From the NCBI GenBank assembly GCA_963758295.1, contig CAVWUU010000004.1:64001-128000 (forward strand): a DNA stretch of 64,000 nucleotides, read 5' to 3'. Origin of the DNA: Candidatus Eremiobacteria bacterium (GTDB lineage Bacteria > Vulcanimicrobiota > Vulcanimicrobiia > Vulcanimicrobiales > Vulcanimicrobiaceae). The position numbers were made by a program, and so were the translations under genes. Shown one piece after another: positions 30,614 to 43,088 of the stretch. The notes beneath the pieces are model-generated. The model saw only the letters and a program-made list of their open reading frames with translations. It did no database searches and was not told the DNA's origin. Every line of letters starts with the position of its first letter. The first letter of the stretch is position 1.

Positions 30614-31714
30614 ATGGCTGAACTAACGACAAGCGTTCTCGCAAGACTGGATACAACGGTCCGCCGATTCGACGAAATCGAGCGAGAATTGGCCAATCCG
30701 GCCGGCGGTTTCGATCAAGCGCGTTTCACGTCGCTCGTCAAAGAGCGCGCGCAAATGGAAGAGACCGTCGCCGCGTACCGGCGGTACCGCAAGGCGCTCG
30801 AAGAGCTTGAGGCGAGCCAGCAGCTACAGAACGAGACGACCGATCCCGACATGCGCGAGCTCGCGCAAGAAGAAATCAAAGAACTTCGTGCCCAGCGCGA
30901 GCAGCTCGAGGACGAGCTGCAAGTCCTGATGATCCCCAAAGACCCGAACGACGAGAAGGACATCTTCATCGAAATCCGCGCGGGTGCGGGCGGCGACGAG
31001 GCCGCGATTTTTGGCGGCGATTTGGCGCGCATGTACATGCGTTATGCCGAAACGCATGCAATGAAAGTGGAGCTGGTTTCGGAGAACGAAAGCGATGCCG
31101 GCGGTTATAAGGAAATCGTTTTCGCGGTCAAAGGGAATCAGGCATACCGCCACTTCAAGCATGAGTCGGGCGTTCATCGCGTACAGCGCGTGCCGGCCAC
31201 CGAAGCGCAGGGCCGCATTCATACCTCGACGGCGACCGTAGCGGTCCTTCCGCAGGTAGACGAGGACGTCGACATCGAGATCAAGGCTGCCGATCTGCAA
31301 ATCGACACGTATAAAGCGAGCGGCGCCGGCGGCCAGTACGTCAATAAAACGGAATCGGCGATTCGCATCACGCACGTTCCGTCGGGGATCATCGTGGCGT
31401 CGCAGCAAGAACGTTCGCAGATGCAGAACCGCGAAAAGGCGATGACAATGTTGCGTTCGATGCTCTACGAGCAGCAGCAGCGGGAAAGAGACGAAGCGAT
31501 GGGGACGCTGCGCCGCAGCCAAGTCGGCACGGGGGATCGTTCCGAGAAGATTCGCACGTATAATTTCCCGCAAGACCGCGTGACCGATCACCGGATCAAC
31601 GAGAGCTACGGCAACATTCGCGGCATTATGGACGGCGACGTCGGCGTAATCATCGACGACTTGCTCAAAGACGAGCAAGCGCGCCTGCTCGCAGGCGAAG
31701 CTACCCCGGCTTAG
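30614..31714 (+). CDS. prfA: Peptide chain release factor 1
   Basis: GVHRVQRVPATE (PAT), GAGGQ, DRSEKIRTYNFPQ. Confidence 0.97.
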   Translation: MAELTTSVLARLDTTVRRFDEIERELANPAGGFDQARFTSLVKERAQMEETVAAYRRYRKALEELEASQQLQNETTDPDMRELAQEEIKELRAQREQLEDELQVLMIPKDPNDEKDIFIEIRAGAGGDEAAIFGGDLARMYMRYAETHAMKVELVSENESDAGGYKEIVFAVKGNQAYRHFKHESGVHRVQRVPATEAQGRIHTSTATVAVLPQVDEDVDIEIKAADLQIDTYKASGAGGQYVNKTESAIRITHVPSGIIVASQQERSQMQNREKAMTMLRSMLYEQQQRERDEAMGTLRRSQVGTGDRSEKIRTYNFPQDRVTDHRINESYGNIRGIMDGDVGVIIDDLLKDEQARLLAGEATPA

Positions 31715-31726
31715 ATCGCCGCGATC

Positions 31727-32567
31727 GTGACCGTCAGAGAACTTCTGGCGCGCGCTCGCCGAGCGCGGCGACGACCGCGAATCCAGATTTGAGATTGCAA
31801 CGCTGCTTGCGCTTGCGCTAGGGCAATCGCGCGAGTGGCTCGTTGCAAACGACGATCAAGTCGTTCCCGGGGACGCACGCGGCCGGTTCAAAGCGACGTT
31901 GGAGCGCCGCCGCGCGGGCGAGCCGCTAGCCTACATTACGGGTGTCGCCGGTTTCTACGGCCGCGACTTCGAGGTGAATTCGCACGTGCTTGTTCCGCGT
32001 CCCGAAACCGAGCACGTGATCGATGACCTCCGCGCCTGCGCCGATGGCAAACGCACTACCGCGCATCTCGACGTCGGAACGGGCAGCGGCGCGATCGCCG
32101 TTACAATCGCCGCCGAGTTGAAAAATGCACGCGTCGACGCAGTCGATATTTCGAACGAGGCGCTCAATGTCGCGCGGCGCAATGCAAAGGCGTTGGGCAT
32201 TGCGGATCGCGTGGCGTTCTTCGAGGGCGATCTCATCCAGCCGGTGCGAGACCGGCATTACGATGCGATCGTCGCCAATTTGCCGTACGTGCCGACGGCA
32301 GACATTGCGCCGCACCCTGACCCGGTCAGTTTCGAACCTGCGCTAGCGCTCGACGGCGGGCCGGATGGTCTTGATCTGTACAGGCGCCTGCTCGCAACGG
32401 TCCCGGCGATGCTGCTTCCGGGCGGCGTTTTGTACCTCGAAGCGGCTCCGCCGATCGTGGACGGTTTGGTGGCTTTCGCTCGCGCAGCGTTCCCGAACGG
32501 CGAGGTCACGGTCGGTAAGGATTACGGCGACCGGGAGCGCTTCGTCAAGGTGCAAACACCGGGCTAG
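31727..32567 (+). CDS. prmC: Release factor glutamine methyltransferase; N-terminal frameshifts
   Basis: GEPLAYI, VLVPRPETE, DVGTGSG, NLPY, ALDGGPDG. Confidence 0.92.
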
Positions 32568-32575
32568 CGGAATAA

Positions 32576-34231
<1,656 letters not shown>

Positions 34232-34250
<19 letters not shown>

Positions 34251-34982
34251 CGGCCGTCATCCTAACGCGGGATGAAGAGCGGAATCTTCCGCGTGCGATG
34301 ACGAGCCTTCCACATGGAATGCCCGTATTGGTCGTGGACGCGGAGTCGCAGGACGGCACGGTGGCATATGCCCGCGGCGCCGGTGCGCGCGTAATAGAAC
34401 GTCCGTGGGCCGGCTTCGTCGACGCGCGCCGGTTCGCGCTCGCACAAGTCCAAACGCCGTGGCTGCTGCTTATCGATGCGGATGAAGCCCTCGACGACGT
34501 TCTTTGCAGAGCCATCGTCAGTGCTCCTGAAAGTCCGGCGGGATATCATCGTCCGGCGCACGACCTACTTTCGTGGGAAACCGGTACGGATGTGGCGCAA
34601 CGAGCCGTTGCTTCGTCTGGTGCGATCCGGCACCGCTCATATCGAGGCGCGTCCCGCAACCGGCGGCGATGCGGCATTGCACGAGCGTCTGCTTTGCGAT
34701 GGCCCCGTGGGTGAGCTCAACGGCACGCTCTTGCATTATTCGTATCCGGATCGCGCATCATACCAGCGGAAATTCAAGCTCTACACGTCGATCGAAGCCG
34801 CCGGAAGCAATCGCAACCCGTTACGCGCCGTAAGGGAAACGCTGCTCGGGCCGGTTCGCTTCGCTCGGAATTTGCTGCGACGCGGTGCATTGCTCGACGG
34901 GCCGCGCGGCTGGTACGTGGCGTGGTATTCCGCGTGGTATCCCGCGGTTGTGGCGTGGAAGTCCGGAAACATACGAAAGTAA
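34232..34982 (+). CDS. Family 2 glycosyltransferase; frameshift near 34550
   Basis: VILTRDEE, VVDAESQDGT, IDADE, LLHYSY. Confidence 0.85.
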
Positions 34983-34990
34983 AATCGGTA

Positions 34991-36007
34991 GTGAAACGCA
35001 TTGGGCTCGACGCGCGCTGCGGAAAGCGCATTTCCGTCGGTATGGCTACGTATATCCGCGAAGTCGCTTCGCGCCTACCGGAAGTCGCGCCGGAGTTCGA
35101 TTACAAGCTGTACACGCACGGACAGAACTTAGGTGTCGCCGAGCAAGTCTTGATGCCGCTGGAAATGTGGCGCGACCGGATCGCGCTCGCGCACTTCATG
35201 GCGCACTACGTCCCGGCGTTTGCCAAAGGCACGTTCGTCTTTACGATCCACGATCTGATTCATCTTCGCTTCAGGGAATTTTTCCGCGCCTACATCGGAC
35301 CGTACTACCTATCGGTCGTGAAACGCGCGTGTCGCAAGGCTGCGCGCATCATTACGTCCGACCGGCGCACGATCGCCGATCTGGTGCACTACTTCGAAGT
35401 CGATCCGGCGAAGGTCGTCGTCATCCCGCTCGCGCCTCGCGCGCGTTTCTTCGAACGGGCGCAGCCCTTCGCCAACGAGCGGCCGTACCTGCTCAACGTG
35501 GGCAACCACCGAAACCACAAGGATATCCCCACGTTATTGCGTGCCTGGTCTTCGTTACCCGAGCGCTACGAGGTCGACTTGTTTCTCACCGGCCCGGACG
35601 ATTTTGACGGCGAACTGCAGCGGCTGTCGACCAGCCGGCGCCGCGTCGCAGCATTGGGCGACGTCAGCGACGACGAGCTCGCACGCTACTATGCCGGCGC
35701 GCAGGCGCTCGTGCATCCGGCTTTGCTCGAAGGCTTTGGCCTGCCGTTCGTTGAGGCTATGGCTTCGGGGTGTCCAGTCATCGCAACAACCGAGTCGATC
35801 CCCGAAGTGGTGGAACCGGTGAGCCTGCATTTTGCTCCGGGGGACGACGAGCAAGCGCGGGCACAGATACAACGTTTGCTCGACGACGAGGCTTTACGTG
35901 CCGACCTCATCGAACGAGGGAATGCAGCGGTAAGGACTCTTTCTTGGGAACGAACCGCTCGTGAAACGGCTGAAGTGTACCGAGACGTGTTGAGGGAGGC
36001 ACGATGA
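34991..36007 (+). CDS. Family 4 (GT-B) glycosyltransferase
   Basis: TIHDL, EGFGLPFVEAMASGCPV, SWE; GTG 34991. Confidence 0.9.
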   Translation: MKRIGLDARCGKRISVGMATYIREVASRLPEVAPEFDYKLYTHGQNLGVAEQVLMPLEMWRDRIALAHFMAHYVPAFAKGTFVFTIHDLIHLRFREFFRAYIGPYYLSVVKRACRKAARIITSDRRTIADLVHYFEVDPAKVVVIPLAPRARFFERAQPFANERPYLLNVGNHRNHKDIPTLLRAWSSLPERYEVDLFLTGPDDFDGELQRLSTSRRRVAALGDVSDDELARYYAGAQALVHPALLEGFGLPFVEAMASGCPVIATTESIPEVVEPVSLHFAPGDDEQARAQIQRLLDDEALRADLIERGNAAVRTLSWERTARETAEVYRDVLREAR

Positions 36008-37509
36008 GGCGCGCAATCGCGACGATTGGTTTGATGGCCATGCTCTTAGGCGTTGCGCCGGCGAAGCGGCCGCCCGCGCCGATCTCCATCGTCATCAACG
36101 GCGACGTGTTGCCGCTGCAGCCTCCTGCGCGCTTTGAGAAGGGACACTTGTTCGTGCCGGTGCGGCGCACGATCGAAGCCCTCGGCTTGGATTTCGACAA
36201 GCGCGGCAAAGTGATTACGACGCAGGTGGGCTCGCGCACCGTAACGCTGACGATCGGCAGCCGTATCGCCGCGATCGACGGTAGCCAGCTGCTGCTCGAC
36301 GCGCCCCCGCTGGAAATCAAAGACGTGCTTTATGCGCCGCTGAGATTTTTTACCGACGTCCTGGGCGCAAATGCCACTTTCGATCGAAAGAACAATGCCG
36401 TGAACATCGTCGCCCAGCTGATGGGGCGTTCCGGCTCGGGCACCGTGACCGACGGCAAGAACGTGCAGCGATTCGGCACGGTCAGCGCGATCGATATCGA
36501 TTCAGATCCCCCGACGATGACGCTCACGTACAATGCGGCCGTGCGCACGATCCCGATTTCGCCCAACGCGCAGATCGAAATGCACGATGTGAACGCCAAT
36601 GTCACCGTTCCCGGCGAACTGGGCGACGTGCGTCCGGGCGACTTCGCGCGCATCTACATGCGGAAGAACGGCCGCGTGGATCGCGTCGAGGATGCGTACG
36701 GATCTTTTCTCGGAAGCATCGCCGCGGCGACATCGGATCAATTCGTGCTCGACGACGGCCACGTGATTACGCCTTCGCGCACGAGCGTCATCTCGTTGAA
36801 CGGCAAGCCCGCGGCGCTCTCGGATCTGCAGGTAAACGACCGCGTCACGGTCCGCTACAACGTCGAAACAAACGAAGTTCGTGAAGTGCTCGTGAGCCGC
36901 GACGTGGCGCAAACTTCCGGTGCGACGGCCGGTCCGGCAATCGCCGGCGTCGACCTCGACGCAAACCGCCCGCTGCGCGCCGGGGATTCGTTTAACGTCA
37001 CGTTGCGCGGAACGCCGCACGGCGCGGCGAGCTTCGACGTGGGGCCGTACGTAACGAATCAAGCGATGTCGGAACGCACGCCGGGCGTGTATGCCGGCAG
37101 CTACGCGATTCCGCACGGCGCCAATTTTTCCGACGTGCCCGTCATTGGCCATCTACGCGTTGGATCGTACAATGCACCCGACATTGAGGCAACGCACACC
37201 ATTTCGGCGTCGAGCACGCCGCCGGGCATCTCCGACTTCGCGCCCGATTCCGGCGCTACCGTGAATACTTCACATCCGGCAATCTACGCCACCTTTTCGT
37301 CCGACGCCGTACCGGTGAACCCATCTAGCATTATCCTCTGGGTCGATGGGCGCGACGTAACGGCAGATTGCGTTCGCACCCCCCAGTTCGTGCAGTACAT
37401 GCCTTCCTACGCGTACCGCAACGGCAACGTGAAGGTGGTCGTGCGCGTGTCGGATCGCGCCGGCAATACGACCACGAAATCGTGGAACTTCTCGATTCGG
37501 GCTCGTTAG
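36004..37509 (+). CDS. Secreted protein with copper amine oxidase N-terminal (stalk) domain and Ig-like C-terminus
   Basis: Signal peptide; LFVPVR..IEALG, APLRF..LGA. Confidence 0.8.
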   Translation: MRRAIATIGLMAMLLGVAPAKRPPAPISIVINGDVLPLQPPARFEKGHLFVPVRRTIEALGLDFDKRGKVITTQVGSRTVTLTIGSRIAAIDGSQLLLDAPPLEIKDVLYAPLRFFTDVLGANATFDRKNNAVNIVAQLMGRSGSGTVTDGKNVQRFGTVSAIDIDSDPPTMTLTYNAAVRTIPISPNAQIEMHDVNANVTVPGELGDVRPGDFARIYMRKNGRVDRVEDAYGSFLGSIAAATSDQFVLDDGHVITPSRTSVISLNGKPAALSDLQVNDRVTVRYNVETNEVREVLVSRDVAQTSGATAGPAIAGVDLDANRPLRAGDSFNVTLRGTPHGAASFDVGPYVTNQAMSERTPGVYAGSYAIPHGANFSDVPVIGHLRVGSYNAPDIEATHTISASSTPPGISDFAPDSGATVNTSHPAIYATFSSDAVPVNPSSIILWVDGRDVTADCVRTPQFVQYMPSYAYRNGNVKVVVRVSDRAGNTTTKSWNFSIRAR

Positions 37510-37521
37510 AGAGGAATCGTT

Positions 37522-37860
37522 ATGGATTGCATCTTTTGCAAAATTGCCGCCGGCGAAATTCCCGCAACGTTCGTTTCTAAAGACGATGACGTCATCGCGG
37601 TTGCCGACGTAAGCCCGCAGGCGCCGACGCACGTTCTCGTTATGCCGGTCGAGCATCATTCGAACATCGGTGAACTTACCGACGCGAAGAACGCCGCGCT
37701 CACCGCCAAACTTTTCGAGGTTGCTTCACGCATCGGTCGTGAGAACGGCCCGAACGGCTATCGCCTGGTCACGAACACCGGCCCGGAAGCCGGTCAATCC
37801 GTCGGCCATCTCCACATCCATGTCTTAGCCGGCCGCCCCATGTCTTGGCCACCCGGATAA
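37522..37860 (+). CDS. hinT: HIT (histidine triad) nucleotide-binding protein
   Basis: CIFCKI, PQAPTH, GQSVGHLHIH, WPPG. Confidence 0.93.
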   Translation: MDCIFCKIAAGEIPATFVSKDDDVIAVADVSPQAPTHVLVMPVEHHSNIGELTDAKNAALTAKLFEVASRIGRENGPNGYRLVTNTGPEAGQSVGHLHIHVLAGRPMSWPPG

Positions 37861-37862
37861 TT

Positions 37863-37892
37863 GCTCTCGTCATCGTGAGCTTGTCGAAGAGC
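37863..37892. repeat. REP-like intergenic repeat, copy 1
   Basis: GTCATCGTGAGCTTGTCGAAG matches 51943-51963 at 20 of 21; flanked by GCTCT/AGAGC. Confidence 0.6.
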
Positions 37893-37971
37893 AGGCGAAT
37901 ACTATCGACACCGTCAGGTCATTACGCCGTGTTGCTATGCGTCCGCACGTCGATAAGCCCGGTGTAATGGA

Positions 37972-38499
37972 ATGAAGCTCTACACGATCGGGCACGGCAC
38001 CGCACCGATCGACGACTTTATCGCGTGGCTGAAGAAATTCGAAATCGAAGCGCTTGTTGACGTTCGCAGGTATGCGGGCAGCCGGCGCAACCCGCAATAT
38101 GCTATCGAGGCACTAGAGCAGTCATTGCATGAAGCCGGGATCGCGTATCGCAACGACGTAGAACTCGGGGGAAGAAGAAAGCCCAGTCGGGACTCGGACA
38201 ACACCGGATTGCGCAACGAGGCATTTCGCGCATACGCCGACTATATGCAGACGCAAGAGTTTCGCGCCGCGTTCGACGGTCTTCTGAAAGAAGCGTCGGA
38301 GCGCAAGACGATCATCATGTGCTCGGAGACCGTGTGGTGGCGATGCCACCGGCGACTTATCTCGGACGCGACGGTCTTGCTCGCGGATCGTGCGGTCGAG
38401 CATATCATTGCGGGAACCGGCAAGCCGCACATCCTGACCGAAGGCGTCCGCCGCGAAGGCAGTCGTCTGCGTTATGGCGTCGGCCCCCTAAGCGTTTGA
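37972..38499 (+). CDS. DUF488 family protein
   Basis: YTIGH, LVDVR, LGGRR, MCSE..WWRCHR. Confidence 0.9.
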   Translation: MKLYTIGHGTAPIDDFIAWLKKFEIEALVDVRRYAGSRRNPQYAIEALEQSLHEAGIAYRNDVELGGRRKPSRDSDNTGLRNEAFRAYADYMQTQEFRAAFDGLLKEASERKTIIMCSETVWWRCHRRLISDATVLLADRAVEHIIAGTGKPHILTEGVRREGSRLRYGVGPLSV

Positions 38500-38524
38500 C
38501 GGGACCCTAGGCCTGTGCTAAAGT
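38496..38524 (+). promoter_or_regulatory. Sigma70-type promoter of rpsU
   Basis: TTGACG-17 nt-TAAAGT with TG extension. Confidence 0.75.
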
Positions 38525-38614
38525 ACGGCAGTCACGGTTCCAGACGGCCCGTGTCTAAATTATTATGCCGCGAGCCGGATAGGCCGCGCGCGAAAGGGGG
38601 GTCGAAAAAAACTA

Positions 38615-38785
38615 ATGGAAGTTCGCGTAGCACCTGGAGAGTCAATCGAAAGCGCGTTGCGACGTTTCAAGAAGGCCACCCAAAAGGCGGGTATCCTCGC
38701 CGAAGCGCGTAAGCACGAGCACTACGAGAAGCCGAGCGTCCGCCGCAAGAAGAAGTCGGCAGCCGCGCGTAAACGCCGGGCCTAG
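38615..38785 (+). CDS. rpsU: 30S ribosomal protein S21 (56 aa, below the ORF track cutoff)
   Basis: Manual translation [47 protein letters not shown]. Confidence 0.96.
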   Translation: MEVRVAPGESIESALRRFKKATQKAGILAEARKHEHYEKPSVRRKKKSAAARKRRA

Positions 38786-38793
38786 GAGTCGCC

Positions 38794-39237
38794 ATGGGGA
38801 GTCTTAAGGACCGCATCGCCTCCGATCTGAAAGAGGCGATGAAGGCGCGCGACCAGTTGCGTCTCGATACGCTGCGCTCCGCACTCTCGGGCTTCACCTA
38901 TAAGAGGACGGAAGCCGGTGCGGATCTGAGCGATCAAGACGAGCTGGCGGTCGTTCAAAAGCTCGTAAAACAGCGGAACGACTCGCTCGCCGAGTTCGAC
39001 AAAGCCGGGCGGAAAGATCTCGCCGACAAAGAGCGCGCAGAGCGCGACATCTTGGCGACGTATCTTCCGGCACAAAAGTCGCCGGACGAGGTGCGGGCGA
39101 CGATCAAAGAGATTATCGCCGGCATTCCGGCCGAGAACCGGAACCAAGGCGCGGTGATGAAAGTCGCCATGCCGCAGTTCAAGGGGATCGCCGACGGCAA
39201 CTTGGTTCGCCAAATCGTCACGGAAGAGCTTGGGTAA
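38794..39237 (+). CDS. yqeY: GatB/YqeY domain protein
   Basis: DLKEAMKA, KQR.DS, GR.DLA.KE, YLP; directly follows rpsU. Confidence 0.92.
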   Translation: MGSLKDRIASDLKEAMKARDQLRLDTLRSALSGFTYKRTEAGADLSDQDELAVVQKLVKQRNDSLAEFDKAGRKDLADKERAERDILATYLPAQKSPDEVRATIKEIIAGIPAENRNQGAVMKVAMPQFKGIADGNLVRQIVTEELG

Positions 39238-39254
39238 AACCCGGGCTCTTTTTT
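39224..39254 (+). terminator. Intrinsic terminator overlapping the yqeY stop
   Basis: AAGAGCTTGGGT-AAA-ACCCGGGCTCTT plus T tract. Confidence 0.75.
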
Positions 39255-39291
39255 CATGCAACCTTTATCGAACGTGCGGGTAGCAACCGGC

Positions 39292-40601
39292 ATGAAGCGT
39301 CTGCGCCTCGGAATCATTATCGGGCTATTGATCTGCGGATGCTTGGGTTTCGCGTCCCAGGTCTTCGCCGCGGATCCTCCCATCGTGGTCGTTCCCATTC
39401 ACGGAACGGTCGATGACGGCATGGCCCACCTGGTCGAGCGCGCGGTCGATGAGGCCAACCACAACGGCGCTCGTGCGATCGTCCTCGACGTGAACAGTCC
39501 GGGCGGCCTCGTCGAAGCAGGATTCCGCATTCGCGATGCGCTCTTCGCTTCGAAGGTCCCCGTCATTGCGTATGTGAGCGAGCGCGCGTATTCCGCCGCA
39601 GCGCTCATTACGCTTTCGGCAAACACGATCGTTATGGGCCCGGGGGCGTCGATTGGTGCGGCCGAACCGATTCCCGGAACGCCGAAGACAATTTCTGCGC
39701 TGCGCGCGGAGTTTGAATCGACGGCGCAACGCAATCATCGCGATTCCACAATCGCCGGTGCGATGGTGGATAAGAACGTCGATGCGCCGCAATTCAAGCG
39801 AACAGGTTCCATTCTGACGTTGAATACTGCCGATGCGATTCGCGCCAAAATCGCTGACGGAACCGCATCTGTCGCTCGACGGCGCGCTGCAGAGTCAGCA
39901 TTTGGCGAGTGCGCCGAAAGTTACTGAAGATTACACGTGGGGCGAAGAGCTCGCGCGCTTTGCGACGAGCCCGGAGATCAGCGGCCTGCTCCTGACGCTC
40001 GGCATGCTCGGGCTAATGATCGAAATGCAGACGCTGCACGGCATCGCCGGCACGATCGGCGTTGCGGCGCTCGCGCTGTTCTTCGGCACGCACGTTTACG
40101 CGGGATTCTCCAACGGCGTCGTCATCGCGCTCGCGGTCGTGGGCCTTCTCGGAATCCTGTGGGAGTTGCACGTCGTTCCGGGGCATGGTGCGCCGGGTAT
40201 TTTGGGCGGATTAGCGCTGCTTGCGGCCGTGCTCTTAGCGTTCGGCTTGCCGTTCTTTTTCATCGCGATCGAAACGATTTCGACGTCGCTCATCGTCACC
40301 GTCGTGCTTTTCGCTCTGGCCACCCGCGCGTTCCCCGAGAACGCCTGGATGAAGCGATTGGTCCTGGTCGCCGAGCAGGGTCCCGATTATGTCACGAGCT
40401 CCGACTTCTCGTCGTTGCTCGGCTCGACTCGGAACGGCAGGTTCGCTGTTGCGTCCGGCGGGCGTTGCGCTCATCGATGGAAAACGAGTCGACGTCCTGA
40501 CCCAGGGCGAATTTATTGCGGCCGGAACCCCGGTCCGTGTTACCCGCGTGGAAGGCGCGCGCATCTTCGTAGAGCCGGTCAATCTCCCGAGCTACAAATA
40601 G
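39292..40601 (+). CDS. nfeD: NfeD family membrane-bound serine protease; two frameshifts
   Basis: NSPGG, AYSAAA, IGAAEP, TM region, LRPAG..DV..G OB fold; upstream of floA. Confidence 0.88.
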
Positions 40602-40623
40602 CCCGGTGCTGTAAAGGAGTTGT

Positions 40624-41628
40624 ATGGTTGCAGTCGGCGTGGCGGTCATCTTTTTCGTCGCCGTCATATTGTTTTTCTCGTTCCTCTATTATTTTCCGAT
40701 CGGCCTATGGATTAGAACGGTCGCGGCGGGCGTACCGCTCGGCATCATTTCGCTCGTTCGTATGCGCCTGATAGGCATTCCGCCGGGCGTCATCGTCACG
40801 AACTACGTACGCGCTCGGAAGGCGGGTTTGAACTTCACCGTCGATCAGATGCAATCGCACTATCTCGCCGGCGGTAATGTCGAAAACGTAACGCTGGCTA
40901 TGATCGCCGCACAACGCGCACAGATTCCGCTAGAATGGCAGCGCGCCGCCGCTATCGATCTGGCGGGAAGAAACGTCGTCGAAGCGCTGCAGACCTCGGT
41001 GAATCCGAAAGTGATCGAGACGCCCACCTTTCAAGGTGTTGCGCAAAACGGCATTCAGTTGAACGTCAAAGCACGCGTGACGGTGCGCAGTAATCTCGAC
41101 CGCTACGTCGGCGGCGCCGGCGAACAGACGATTATCGCGCGCGTGGGCGAAGGCGTCGTAGCCGCGGTCGGTGCTGCGATCGACCACAAAGAAGTGCTCG
41201 AATATCCCGATCGCATTTCCAAACAAGTGCTGTCGAAGGGCCTCGATGCGGGCACGGCCTTTGAAATCGTCTCCATCGATATCGCGGACGTTGATGTCGG
41301 CAAGAACATCGGCGCCGAATTGCAGACGAGCCAGGCGGAAGCGGATCGCCGCATCGCGCAAGCAAAAGCGTCGGAGCGACAGTACGCAGCCATGGCCTCG
41401 GAACAAGAGCAAAAAGCCGAGACGCAAGCGATGCGCGCGAAAGTCGTGGAAGCCGAAGCAACGATTCCGCTGGCGATTGCGGAGGCGTTTAAGAGCGGCA
41501 ATCTCGGCGTAATGGATTACTATCGCTTGAAGAACATTCAGGCGGACACGGGCATGCGGGATGCGATCGGCGGAACCGCCGAGAGCACACCGCCCGACGC
41601 CAACCAGCCGCCGCAGCCTGGACGATAA
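40624..41628 (+). CDS. floA: Flotillin-like protein FloA (YqfA)
   Basis: [38 protein letters not shown]. Confidence 0.95.
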   Translation: MVAVGVAVIFFVAVILFFSFLYYFPIGLWIRTVAAGVPLGIISLVRMRLIGIPPGVIVTNYVRARKAGLNFTVDQMQSHYLAGGNVENVTLAMIAAQRAQIPLEWQRAAAIDLAGRNVVEALQTSVNPKVIETPTFQGVAQNGIQLNVKARVTVRSNLDRYVGGAGEQTIIARVGEGVVAAVGAAIDHKEVLEYPDRISKQVLSKGLDAGTAFEIVSIDIADVDVGKNIGAELQTSQAEADRRIAQAKASERQYAAMASEQEQKAETQAMRAKVVEAEATIPLAIAEAFKSGNLGVMDYYRLKNIQADTGMRDAIGGTAESTPPDANQPPQPGR

Positions 41629-42159
41629 ATGCACGACGTCGGGACGCTGGTCTGGGTCGTCATCGTCGTCGCGGGCGTGATCTCGAGCATCGTCAAAAAC
41701 GCTCAAAAGGCGAGGCAAGCAACGACGAAGCTGCAGCAACGGCAAGGGGCCAAATTCGCACCTCAACCGGCACAGGCACCCGTAATGCCTGCGCCGGCGG
41801 TCTTGACGCCGTCGTCCGCTTCCGTGCCGCGGGCGGCCCGCATGCTGTTCGAGCCGCCGCCGGGACCGGTCGCTGCGGTCGCGACCCCGCTCGTCGCTCC
41901 GCCACCGCCCGTAGTCCCGCGCGTCGCACGTCGCGAGCCCTTGGCGGGAGCGGTTATGCCGCCTATTGTTGCGCCCGAACTGCCCCACGAAATTATGCCC
42001 GGCATTCGAAGGGCTCGTTCAAGTGGTTTGTTGGGTGGTATCTTCGAAGATAAGAAGAGCATCCTGAGGGCGATGGTCGCGGCCGAAGTCCTCGGGAAAC
42101 CGAAAGCCTTGCAGGAGCAATCAATCTGGAGTCCACGGCACAACGAACCGTCGATCTAA
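41629..42159 (+). CDS. Membrane-anchored Pro-rich hypothetical protein (YqfB position)
   Basis: N-terminal TM helix; C-terminal AEVLGKPKAL; abuts floA. Confidence 0.7.
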   Translation: MHDVGTLVWVVIVVAGVISSIVKNAQKARQATTKLQQRQGAKFAPQPAQAPVMPAPAVLTPSSASVPRAARMLFEPPPGPVAAVATPLVAPPPPVVPRVARREPLAGAVMPPIVAPELPHEIMPGIRRARSSGLLGGIFEDKKSILRAMVAAEVLGKPKALQEQSIWSPRHNEPSI

Positions 42160-43088
42160 GCGACCTCTCCGACCCCGTCCGCCTGTTCGGACAATTCGAT
42201 CAGAACCTCTCCGCACTCGAAGAACGCCTCGGCGTAAGCGTGCGCGCCGACGGCCAGCAGTTGCTGCTCGCAGGCCCCGCGTCCGACGTCGAACGCGCGG
42301 AACACGCGGTGCGGCGCATGCTTCATGCCGCAGTCGACGGCGCGCAGATTACGCCGGACGACGTTGCTCTTGCCATTCACGATACGCGCGAGGAGCCGGG
42401 CGGAAAAGCGTTGCCCGGCACGTTGATTCGCACGCATCGCGGCAAAGAAGTTCGGCCGAAAACGCCGGGACAGCGCGCGTTCGTCCGTTCGATCGAAGAG
42501 AACACGCTGACGATTGGAATCGGTCCGGCGGGCACCGGAAAAACGTTCCTCGCCGTTGTCATGGCGGTGCGCGCGTTGAAGAATCGCGAAGTTTCGCGAC
42601 TGGTTCTTTCGCGGCCGGCCGTTGAAGCGGGCGAAAAACTCGGCTTCTTACCCGGCGATCTTCGAGAAAAAGTCGATCCGTATTTGCGGCCGCTCTACGA
42701 TTCGCTCGAAGAGTTGCTCGACGCAGCCGTCGTCGCAAAGTATCTGGAACGCGGAACGATCGAAGTCGCGCCCCTGGCCTACATGCGCGGGCGCACGTTG
42801 TCCGATGCGTTCGTCATTCTCGACGAAGCGCAGAACGCGACGTCCGATCAGTTGAAGATGTTTCTCACTCGCCTTGGCAGCGGCTCCAAGATGGTCGTGA
42901 ACGGCGACATCACGCAAATCGACCTTCCCGGCGGCGCACGAAGCGGATTACTCGATGCTTCCCGTCGATTGGAAAAAGTCGACGACATCGGCGCGATTCG
43001 CCTAAACGAAACCGACGTGGTTCGCCATCCGTTGGTTTCGCAAATCATCCGGCGTAGCGAGGCTTATGCCGATACACTATCGCAATGA
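42126..43088 (+). CDS. phoH: PhoH-like ATPase, probable CTG start
   Basis: GPAGTGKT, RPAVEAGE, YMRGR, DEAQN; conserved LFGQFDQNL lies upstream of the first GTG. Confidence 0.92.
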   Translation: MESTAQRTVDLSDLSDPVRLFGQFDQNLSALEERLGVSVRADGQQLLLAGPASDVERAEHAVRRMLHAAVDGAQITPDDVALAIHDTREEPGGKALPGTLIRTHRGKEVRPKTPGQRAFVRSIEENTLTIGIGPAGTGKTFLAVVMAVRALKNREVSRLVLSRPAVEAGEKLGFLPGDLREKVDPYLRPLYDSLEELLDAAVVAKYLERGTIEVAPLAYMRGRTLSDAFVILDEAQNATSDQLKMFLTRLGSGSKMVVNGDITQIDLPGGARSGLLDASRRLEKVDDIGAIRLNETDVVRHPLVSQIIRRSEAYADTLSQ

